From IMG/VR virus record IMGVR_UViG_3300020576_002235: a stretch of DNA of 20,000 nt; one strand, given 5' to 3'. Below the pieces are notes generated by a model. That model searched no databases. It was not told where the DNA came from and saw nothing but the letters and a program-made list of their open reading frames with translations. Both the position numbers and the translations under genes were made by a program. Shown piece after piece: positions 7,574 to 14,188 of this stretch. Numbering within the stretch: the stretch's first letter is position 1; the number at the start of each line of letters is the position of its first letter. Source of the DNA: an uncultured virus (IMG/VR IMGVR_UViG_3300020576_002235). Its lineage: Duplodnaviria; Heunggongvirae; Uroviricota; Caudoviricetes.

Positions 7574-7900
7574 TTATTCGGCAGCGGGGGCATCGGCAGC
7601 GGTAGCCGCATCAGCCTCCACCTTGGCAGGGACACGCCAGACACCCACACCGTCGGTGCCATCTTCATTTTTGAAACTCCGCACGGCAAAGACTGTTTGT
7701 TTGTCGTTGGTACGTGCTCTGTACGCGCCTATCGCGCTCTGAAGCTTGCTCTTCGACTTTTTGATATCGACAACGTCTTGAATCAAAAAGGCTTCGCCCT
7801 CTTGCAATTCGCCCAGGTTGTAGATGGAGTCCTTGGTGGCACCGGTCGAAGAGCGAGTGAGCTTCGGAAGAGCCATTTGAACTTTGATTAGCACGGTCAT
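7574..7900 (-). CDS. Small basic putative DNA-binding phage protein (Y....L..GE.F...F.VR....G.GVWR) with Ala-rich tail
   Basis: ORF track; AAGGA RBS; own terminator; GC-richer codon usage than its neighbours. Confidence 0.75.
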   Translation of the reverse strand: MTVLIKVQMALPKLTRSSTGATKDSIYNLGELQEGEAFLIQDVVDIKKSKSKLQSAIGAYRARTNDKQTVFAVRSFKNEDGTDGVGVWRVPAKVEADAATAADAPAAE

Positions 7901-7993
7901 GATAAATTTCCTTCAGGGTTGGTTTGGTTAAGGCTGTATTCTACACTAAATTTAACTGCCTGCAGCCTTGTCAAGCGATTAAACACATAAATT

Positions 7994-8194
7994 TTACACT
8001 TTCTCTGAAATAATTTGGCTCTCAGAGTAGATCAGCAGCACTTGTTCGAGCCTTTTCTGCCCAAATAAGCTAGGCACGTTGCGCCAGCCGACAGCATTCT
8101 TGCCTGTATGGCTGCGCTCCGTGATCCTGTACCCATCGACAACGGTGCCGAGCGGGATGTCTTTGAGCGGGGTGGCGGTATAGTGAAACTTCAT
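7994..8194 (-). CDS. Hypothetical protein
   Basis: ORF track; ATGA overlap with the upstream gene. Confidence 0.7.
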   Translation of the reverse strand: MKFHYTATPLKDIPLGTVVDGYRITERSHTGKNAVGWRNVPSLFGQKRLEQVLLIYSESQIISEKV

Positions 8195-8466
8195 AACCCA
8201 AGCGTCAACCGCAAGGTTGGCTCTCCTTTTTTGGTGTGCTTGTCGATCAACGCTTGCTTGATCTTGGCCTCCTTCGCAATGGCAGGCCAGTCAATCATGG
8301 TGCGACCGGCCACAGAGGACACCGTGGCGGCCAGCGCCGTGCCCTCATACCTTCCGATGCCGCGCTCCTTGATATGCTCGCCCAACTCCGCTTGGAGCGG
8401 TTCAAGCTTCTTAAGTTGCCGCGTGATGTCGGCATACTGGTCAACCAGTTCGATGCAATCACTCAT
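8191..8466 (-). CDS. Hypothetical phage protein, 91 aa (coiled-coil N-terminus, R..IDW..IA motif)
   Basis: Start moved to the ATG at 8466 with AAGGAG RBS. Confidence 0.75.
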   Translation of the reverse strand: MSDCIELVDQYADITRQLKKLEPLQAELGEHIKERGIGRYEGTALAATVSSVAGRTMIDWPAIAKEAKIKQALIDKHTKKGEPTLRLTLGL

Positions 8467-8467
8467 T

Positions 8468-8668
8468 TTAGTTCTCCTTAGATGAAACTCGCAACTCAAT
8501 AAAGCCTACAAGCTTGTACACATTAAGCCAACTCGCACCACACGTCAGGCAAGTGACAAGGGCTGTGGTTTCCCCCTCATAAGTGCAAGGCACTTCTGTA
8601 TTGATGTCTGAACTCCCACAATTGGGGCATTCAGTGCCGCCAGCAGCGGCATACTCTTTTGCATTCAT
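8468..8668 (-). CDS. Zinc-ribbon protein (CPNCGS...CLTCG)
   Basis: Two CxxC pairs; ATGA overlap. Confidence 0.75.
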   Translation of the reverse strand: MNAKEYAAAGGTECPNCGSSDINTEVPCTYEGETTALVTCLTCGASWLNVYKLVGFIELRVSSKEN

Positions 8669-9090
8669 TTCTCTACTACTCCTTCTGTTGTAAAAAGTCC
8701 ATTCGTGGCTTTCTCCAAGGTCTTGCCGTACCGCATCACCGCCCTAACCCTGTTGTACTCCCTAGTAGAGAGCATCCTGAACAGTGTGCCGTGTTCTCCC
8801 GTCTCGGTATTGCGCACTACCATCGCACTCTCTTTAGGCGTATTCAGTCTAATCGGCCCGGTATTAAGCGTAAGCTTAATGTACTGAGTCTCCACTCCAC
8901 GCTCAAGAACAACAATAGTCTTACACGCTGGGCGCTCTTGCATGCCCTTGGAACGAGTATGGGTGTTGAGGTTCTTGTAGCTGTCGTAGTCGCTCTTGTT
9001 GAGGTACAGAGGGCCTGCCCTCAAATCCTCCAACATTTTTTCACAGTCAACTGTGATTGTTGTCTTGGTCGGTACTTTATATGCTTTCAT
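8665..9090 (-). CDS. Hypothetical protein
   Basis: 141-aa ORF; AGGAG RBS; overlaps both neighbours. Confidence 0.75.
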   Translation of the reverse strand: MKAYKVPTKTTITVDCEKMLEDLRAGPLYLNKSDYDSYKNLNTHTRSKGMQERPACKTIVVLERGVETQYIKLTLNTGPIRLNTPKESAMVVRNTETGEHGTLFRMLSTREYNRVRAVMRYGKTLEKATNGLFTTEGVVEK

Positions 9091-9278
9091 TTAACACTCC
9101 TATCGTTGGTGATTCTAACGCATCCGATGATACAACTCTTGTAAGATAACCGCCATTTGCGGTGGCGAGTCTCATCCACTAGATTCTGATTGCTGGCCGC
9201 AGCCATAATCGTTCTCAAGGTGATTCCAAGGTGCGGTATCATTACGATACCATCCACAATTTCTAAGTCTTTACTCAA
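9087..9278 (-). CDS. Hypothetical protein
   Basis: ORF track; TTG start overlapping the peptidase stop; fills the gap. Confidence 0.55.
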   Translation of the reverse strand: MSKDLEIVDGIVMIPHLGITLRTIMAAASNQNLVDETRHRKWRLSYKSCIIGCVRITNDRSVK

Positions 9279-10333
9279 TTCGCGCTCCAGTAAATGTCTT
9301 CAAGGACAGCAGTTGCCGTGGCACCACTATCCAACTCAGACAGAAAATACTCTGTGTCTCTCAACTTAGAGACAGTGATTGAGGAGTGGTATCTACGTTG
9401 CAGTAGCTTGTTCAACGGTTCAAACTCTTTATAGGCTGCAGCATCCAGGGCTTCGTACAGTGCGTCCAGGTTGTCGTCAGAGGTATCGTCCGGGGCCGTA
9501 TCAAACGGCCTGTTCCAACTCTTGCTAGGGCTGTCCCAATGCTTGCTAGGGCTGTCCCAATCAGCGCTGTAGCTCGTCTTGGGCGGCAACTCCCTCGGCC
9601 TTGCTACCGTAGGCAAAGCCTCCCAATCAATCAACACAATCTGTGCAGCAAGCCGTTGCAGATGTGTAATGTTGAGGCGCTCTTTGTAGGAATGCTCATT
9701 TTCATACCCGCAGGAAACGTTGGTGCACTCTGTAATGTAGTCCATAAAATTAGCCGTATCAGTGAAGACACCGCTGCTATCTGGACAGTAAATCATTTCT
9801 TCGGTGCACAGTGCTGTAGACAGCGCTGTTGCGAACTCATCACTGCAACACTTGCCGTACATTTGATCGGTAATGACATCACTGAACCCCTTGCGATCAA
9901 AAGCAATAGCCCTGTCAAACTGCTTTAACAGTTCGCTATGCTCATTGGCAAGATAGCTACTCCCCAAACCGCCACACTCTTCGCCACGGCAGAAAATATA
10001 GTAACCCGGCACACCACTGTCAATTAAGTGCAGCAACAGTGCGATGCCTGCTCCGTCATCCGACCCGAGAGTGGAATTGGGCGCTGAATTCCACCATTCT
10101 CCGTTCTTCACTACCGGGTTATACCCCTCGCCCTTTGAAATCGTATCAGTGTGAGCGACAAACAATGTGGTTGTGTTGCCTGCACGCTTATCCAGATGCA
10201 GATTACCTGCACCGTCAATAAGCGTAGGCTTAATTCTGGCAGCAAGCGCTGCAACATAAGTCGCTTCACTGACAGAGCCGTGTTTGCGCTTGACCGAAAG
10301 CGCTTTTGTAAGGTCTTTCATTAACTTTCGCAT
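9275..10333 (-). CDS. M28-family Zn-dependent peptidase/hydrolase
   Basis: Metal-ligand motifs AHTD, LGSDDGAG, GEE.GG.GS, AFDR.G, TD and Y.NEH. Confidence 0.85.
   Translation of the reverse strand: MRKLMKDLTKALSVKRKHGSVSEATYVAALAARIKPTLIDGAGNLHLDKRAGNTTTLFVAHTDTISKGEGYNPVVKNGEWWNSAPNSTLGSDDGAGIALLLHLIDSGVPGYYIFCRGEECGGLGSSYLANEHSELLKQFDRAIAFDRKGFSDVITDQMYGKCCSDEFATALSTALCTEEMIYCPDSSGVFTDTANFMDYITECTNVSCGYENEHSYKERLNITHLQRLAAQIVLIDWEALPTVARPRELPPKTSYSADWDSPSKHWDSPSKSWNRPFDTAPDDTSDDNLDALYEALDAAAYKEFEPLNKLLQRRYHSSITVSKLRDTEYFLSELDSGATATAVLEDIYWSAN
9521..9561. repeat. 21-bp tandem repeat (CTTGCTAGGGCTGTCCCAAT x2) encoding WDSPSK twice in the peptidase linker
   Basis: Exact 20-nt copies at 9521-9540 and 9542-9561. 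Confidence 0.9.
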
Positions 10334-11736
10334 GATGCCTCCGGTGTTGCAGCTTCCAACTCAAGCTGCCTTTGATGGACGTTAGCCAACTCTTCAACAG
10401 TTGTGGATTCCAAGTCCAACTTAAACTGGTGTTCCTTAGCCAACTCTTCAGCCTGCTCTTCGGTGTAAAACTCTCCGTCAAGCTCTACCATTGTAACCTC
10501 TTTGGAGTGCCACCCACCTTCTGCGTCTTTCCAGCAGTCGTCATAAAGGTGATACTCTTCCTCTTCGGTAAAGACAACCCTTTCATCCCCTGACAGGTAG
10601 AAACATCCTGCGATGTCCACTGTGTCGTCTTCGTGGGCATAATCCCCATCTTCCAACTCCACTATATAGTATGGCAAGTTCTCACGGTCATACATAGACC
10701 AACCAACTCGAACGACATCGTCGTTAGGCACATACCACATAGAGTTGTCGTCTCCGTACTTGACAAATGTGTACGCAGGGATGCAATACTCACATATCAT
10801 GCCATCGTCGTCTCTTTCGAGGTAATAATCATCGTACTCAAAAATATCACTGCCGCAACGGTCACACGAGCCTATAGACTCATCAGGTGGATTAAATTCC
10901 TCGCCTGTACCGTCAGTATTGTCGCACTTATATTGCGCATCACCCTGTTCACATATTTCCACATGGTTTGCCAGCACCCTAACGTACTGCTCGTCGCCAT
11001 CAATATAAGGCAGGAGTGGCCCGCTGTCGTGCATTATCTTCTTAAAGCGGGTTCCAGGTTCCCAGCCGCACCGCTTACTGATGCCCTGCTGCTTTAACCA
11101 CTCTTCTAACGCAGTATCCGCATAGGATGTGCCGGTCGGCTCCGGCGCTTGGTAGAAACTCCTCACGAAAGACTCGTCACACACCAGCGCTCTGCCTATA
11201 AGGGCATAACGACCATCTACAGGTGATGTTCCGTAATGAACAGCGAGTGACCACCCTTCGTAGTCGTACACTGCATAAGGGTGGTATTCCCACTCAGGCT
11301 CATCGTTGCAAGGGTCTTCTAGCCAGTCCAACAAGAGATTCCGCTGGTTAGTGTCGAACCTATGCCCGGCCCACGCGCTTGTGCTCTTCATGCAGGATGA
11401 AGGCCCAGACTCGATAGCCGTTACGATATTTTTAACGCCATGGATAAGCTCAAACTTATCGCTTTGTTGCGACAGTTTGAAAAGTTCGTCTGCTGGGCTG
11501 TTCGGGTAATGCCGGGCCAAGTACTTCGTAATGCTAGTGAGCGTTTGGCGCTTATGTCCATTTATCAAGAAGTCTTCACCGTCCCTCGGAGAGCGACTGT
11601 AGGCCAGTCGTGTGCTGTCCGTCTCCGCTACGTGTGGATGCTCAATAAGAACAGCCTCGGTGGGAGCGATGTGCCTAAAAACCGGGTGCAGTGGGTAGGC
11701 TTCCCGCAACGCAAGCAAATAACGTGGTGTTTCCAT
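10321..11736 (-). CDS. Conserved phage protein with GPSSCM N-terminal domain, a CxxC..CxxC Zn-ribbon and acidic degenerate C-terminal repeats
   Basis: 471-aa ORF overlapping the peptidase start; CDRC/CEYC pairs followed by D/E-rich aromatic repeats. Confidence 0.85.
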   Translation of the reverse strand: METPRYLLALREAYPLHPVFRHIAPTEAVLIEHPHVAETDSTRLAYSRSPRDGEDFLINGHKRQTLTSITKYLARHYPNSPADELFKLSQQSDKFELIHGVKNIVTAIESGPSSCMKSTSAWAGHRFDTNQRNLLLDWLEDPCNDEPEWEYHPYAVYDYEGWSLAVHYGTSPVDGRYALIGRALVCDESFVRSFYQAPEPTGTSYADTALEEWLKQQGISKRCGWEPGTRFKKIMHDSGPLLPYIDGDEQYVRVLANHVEICEQGDAQYKCDNTDGTGEEFNPPDESIGSCDRCGSDIFEYDDYYLERDDDGMICEYCIPAYTFVKYGDDNSMWYVPNDDVVRVGWSMYDRENLPYYIVELEDGDYAHEDDTVDIAGCFYLSGDERVVFTEEEEYHLYDDCWKDAEGGWHSKEVTMVELDGEFYTEEQAEELAKEHQFKLDLESTTVEELANVHQRQLELEAATPEASCES

Positions 11737-11789
11737 TTAATACTTTCTCTTTCTGCAGCGCTCTTGATAGGCGGCACTGCGTTTTACCT
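11734..11789. repeat. Direct repeat, copy 1 of a ~55-bp intergenic unit (hairpin + RBS region + ATG)
   Basis: CATTTAATACTTTCTCTTTCTGCAGCGCTCTTGATAGGCGGCACTGCGTTTTACCT; differs from copy 2 by one substitution and one indel. Confidence 0.95.
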
Positions 11790-12307
11790 TAGACTTCTCC
11801 GCACAGTGGGCAGGTTTCCGCCTGATGCCCATCTTTGCTGACCCACTTCTCGCTAGGACTGTCCGTATTACAGGCGCAGCAATGAGTGACTGGCGGTACG
11901 ATATACACTTGGTCTCCACGGTTATAACCCGGTACGGACTTGTACTCCAGATAAGCTTCAAAGCCCTCTACGGTTAGCAGTGCGTAGGCTGTCCGACAAG
12001 GGTGAACATGAACGCTGTCTCCATAGTCACCGTAAATCTCCACAAGGCGCAAATCGTTGATGGACTTACCATTGCTGCCTTCCTTGTAGCGGGGGAACTC
12101 ACCTTCCGCCAAGCCTAGCAGCTTGTCGCAGTCGCCGGGCCACACCTCCCAATAACTAGCGCTATTGGGAGTGTAATATCCCGGCTTAGTGATCACCAAC
12201 TCTGTTGGCAAATACCATCCGAACTCGCGAGAGCGAACAGCGACCAACATTGCGGCACCTGGCGGGAGTTCATCCACGTTCCAAAATGCTTTAGCGATAA
12301 TTTTCAT
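11789..12307 (-). CDS. Hypothetical protein with C-terminal CxxC...CxxC Zn-finger, flanked by direct repeats
   Basis: 172-aa ORF; CCAC and CPLCG motifs. Confidence 0.8.
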   Translation of the reverse strand: MKIIAKAFWNVDELPPGAAMLVAVRSREFGWYLPTELVITKPGYYTPNSASYWEVWPGDCDKLLGLAEGEFPRYKEGSNGKSINDLRLVEIYGDYGDSVHVHPCRTAYALLTVEGFEAYLEYKSVPGYNRGDQVYIVPPVTHCCACNTDSPSEKWVSKDGHQAETCPLCGEV

Positions 12308-12359
12308 TTAATACTTTCTCTTTCTGCAGCGCTCTTGATAGGCGGCGCTGCGTTTACCT
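12305..12359. repeat. Direct repeat, copy 2 of the ~55-bp intergenic unit
   Basis: CATTTAATACTTTCTCTTTCTGCAGCGCTCTTGATAGGCGGCGCTGCGTTTACCT. Confidence 0.95.
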
Positions 12360-12492
12360 ATTTAGTGACTTTCAACCAGCGATAAATTGTGCTGATTGAT
12401 TTCTTGGCAGAGGCAGCAATCTCTTTAACACTCTGCCCAGCGTTATAGCAGTTGCGCGCTGCGAGCAGCGCGCAAATTCGTTGGTACTTCAT
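12358..12492 (-). CDS. Stand-alone 44-aa HTH protein (Hin/homeodomain-like: GQSVKEIAASAKKSISTIYRWLK)
   Basis: Hand-translated; ATGA overlap with the upstream gene; classic G.S..EIA.....S.STIYRW HTH signature. Confidence 0.75.
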   Translation of the reverse strand: MKYQRICALLAARNCYNAGQSVKEIAASAKKSISTIYRWLKVTK

Positions 12493-12713
12493 TCGTATAA
12501 GCGAGACATCCGTTCAAGGATACCCCGTTCCGCCAGTAAATCTTTAACAACCCCACGTTCAGCCTGTGACAGACAATTAGCGTCCTCAAGGGTGTACAGG
12601 GAAGCCAGTTCTGCGTGAGAAGAATAGCCATCTTTAGCTACATAACCCCGCTTAGTGAGAATCGCGTGGGCGGGTTTGCGCAGTTGTTGTGCAATCAGTG
12701 TTGACATGCTCAT
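12489..12713 (-). CDS. Hypothetical protein
   Basis: ORF track; GGAGG RBS; ATGA overlaps at both ends. Confidence 0.75.
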   Translation of the reverse strand: MSMSTLIAQQLRKPAHAILTKRGYVAKDGYSSHAELASLYTLEDANCLSQAERGVVKDLLAERGILERMSRLYE

Positions 12714-13084
12714 ACACCCTCCGGCACTTCGGCCTCGTAGCCGAGTTTTGATACTACGAACGCCCGTATGGCCGCCACTAAGTGCGTGGAGCCTTTGGCG
12801 CAGGTTGGCATGTTAGCATCTTCCGATTGGAACTTAGCACGATAGACATCCCTCGGGCCGCATTCAATATAACTGCCAAATGCGTCTAGGCACTCGAAAT
12901 CAAACTCCATGTCATTGCTAGCTATGATCGGGCCACCTAGGCTCCAATCGGTTGAGTAGTGGTGCTCTACAGCCAACTTCACTGTTTGCTCTAAAATGAA
13001 CAGTGCGGGTCTGTGGCCGAGACATCTAGCCACCAACCAGTTAAGCTGGTTATCGGTAGCTTCGCATATTTTGATCTTTTTCAT
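12710..13084 (-). CDS. DUF2591 / phage ABA-sandwich-like protein (paralogue of 268..681)
   Basis: LNWLVA, YSTDWSLGGPII and GSTHLVAAIRAFVVSKLG motifs. Confidence 0.75.
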   Translation of the reverse strand: MKKIKICEATDNQLNWLVARCLGHRPALFILEQTVKLAVEHHYSTDWSLGGPIIASNDMEFDFECLDAFGSYIECGPRDVYRAKFQSEDANMPTCAKGSTHLVAAIRAFVVSKLGYEAEVPEGV

Positions 13085-13244
13085 TTCTCATCCTTTTAAG
13101 TACGGCAGCGCGAGCCACCTTGTACGCTTTTTCAAGCTCCCTAAACCGTGCATCCTTGCAGCCTGTTCGATCATAATAGCCGTCCAAGTCTTGTACAGTG
13201 TCTGCCAGTATGTCAAGCAGCCTATTATTAGAGGGCAGTCTCAT
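13050..13244 (-). CDS. Hypothetical protein
   Basis: ORF track; ATGA overlap upstream. Confidence 0.6.
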   Translation of the reverse strand: MRLPSNNRLLDILADTVQDLDGYYDRTGCKDARFRELEKAYKVARAAVLKRMRNEKDQNMRSYR

Positions 13245-13432
13245 TTCTCATCCTTCACATTGGCCTGTGACAGCCAGTAATCGAGCACTACCTTCCCGTG
13301 TAGGTCACGCACTTGACCTTTAAGCTTGATTGCAATGTTTGCAACTTTACCAAAGTCCTGTGACAGTCTGCCATAACGGGTGAACTGCGGAAACAAGTTC
13401 ACGTTCGATGGTCTAAACGCACCGTAAAGCAT
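13241..13432 (-). CDS. Hypothetical protein, 63 aa
   Basis: Start moved to the ATG at 13432 with AAGGAGG RBS. Confidence 0.7.
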   Translation of the reverse strand: MLYGAFRPSNVNLFPQFTRYGRLSQDFGKVANIAIKLKGQVRDLHGKVVLDYWLSQANVKDEK

Positions 13433-13433
13433 G

Positions 13434-13649
13434 TTAATCCTCCTTCGCAGTAAGACAGGTTTCGAGAACACCTGGCGTCAGAAACAAATCGAGCATATTG
13501 CGGTGCATAACCGCACTGTGATTGATGCTGCTCTTCAGCAGATCGTTGTAGTCCTGCTCAATACTGAGCAGTCGATCAATTTCCCGCTCTTGTCGGGAAA
13601 TCTTGATCCTCATGTCTATAATTTGATATGCCAAGTCTACGATGTCCAT
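13434..13649 (-). CDS. Hypothetical coiled-coil protein
   Basis: ORF track; GGAG RBS. Confidence 0.75.
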   Translation of the reverse strand: MDIVDLAYQIIDMRIKISRQEREIDRLLSIEQDYNDLLKSSINHSAVMHRNMLDLFLTPGVLETCLTAKED

Positions 13650-13663
13650 AATGACTCTCCATT

Positions 13664-13685
13664 AAAAGCCCGCATAGAGCGGGCT
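13664..13685 (-). terminator. Terminator-like hairpin AGCCCGC-TCTAT-GCGGGCT-TTT
   Basis: 7-bp stem and short U-tract, directly before an RBS. Confidence 0.6.
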
Positions 13686-13700
13686 GGTTTGTGACTCAGA

Positions 13701-13726
13701 GATAAGCCCTCTTGCGAAGGCTTATG
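13701..13726 (-). repeat. Palindromic element GATAAGCC-N10-GGCTTATG (as read on +), copy A; GNRA-capped hairpin on the minus-strand RNA
   Basis: Minus strand CATAAGCC-TTC-GCAA-GAG-GGCTTATC. Confidence 0.8.
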
Positions 13727-13741
13727 ACGGAATAACCGATT

Positions 13742-14131
13742 TTACAGTTCTGCGATTTGCTTCGCAAGTTCCTCTGCAGAGAGGGACTTCAGTTGCTCAT
13801 CCTGTTTCTCACCAAGCAATGAGACAAGCTTGGCCTTCTTAGCCGCCTTCTCTGCCGCTGACCGACGATCCGCAGCTTCCTTCAACTTGACGGCGATAAC
13901 ATCCTTCAAAATCTCCAGTTGCAAGGCATATTTATGCTTTGCAGGGCTGTCGGTTGTGGACACGAAGCTCTCTTCAGTAACCGACTTGAGATTCGCGTTG
14001 GCCTCTTTTGCAAGAGAATCCAAGTCGAAACCCGTTTTGGACTGCAGTGGCATATCCCACAATTGTTCAACTGTGAGGTCTCCACGGGTTGAAGAGAAAC
14101 GCAATTTTTGGATGCTGGCTAGTTTGTACAT
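13742..14131 (-). CDS. Conserved phage protein (A...KLRF....G.L.VEQLWD.PL; Lys/Ala-rich helical C-terminus), partner of the 659-aa gene
   Basis: Start moved to the ATG at 14131 (GGAG RBS); 129 aa. Confidence 0.85.
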   Translation of the reverse strand: MYKLASIQKLRFSSTRGDLTVEQLWDMPLQSKTGFDLDSLAKEANANLKSVTEESFVSTTDSPAKHKYALQLEILKDVIAVKLKEAADRRSAAEKAAKKAKLVSLLGEKQDEQLKSLSAEELAKQIAEL

Positions 14132-14148
14132 GATTAACTCCATTTAAC

Positions 14149-14173
14149 AAAAACACCAGTGGAAGGCACTGGC
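14149..14173 (-). terminator. Terminator-like hairpin GCCAGTG-CCTTC-CACTGGT-GTTTTT
   Basis: 7-bp stem and U-rich tail between the 659-aa and 129-aa genes. Confidence 0.55.
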
Positions 14174-14188
14174 AACCTATACTTACAA

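Noticed and set aside
11758..11767. boxA-like GCGCTCTTGA within the repeat
   Set aside because: It lies on the + strand, opposite to the direction of transcription.
11737..11961. 74-aa ORF ending KRSAAYQERCRKRKY
   Set aside because: It overlaps the 172-aa gene out of frame, and its tail is simply the intergenic repeat; in copy 2 the same sequence follows a stop codon.
11734..12359. Direct repeats as a CRISPR array, integron attC sites or IS target duplication
   Set aside because: Only two copies with a ~515-bp gene between them; no cas, integrase or transposase gene; no RYYYAAC/GTTRRRY boxes.
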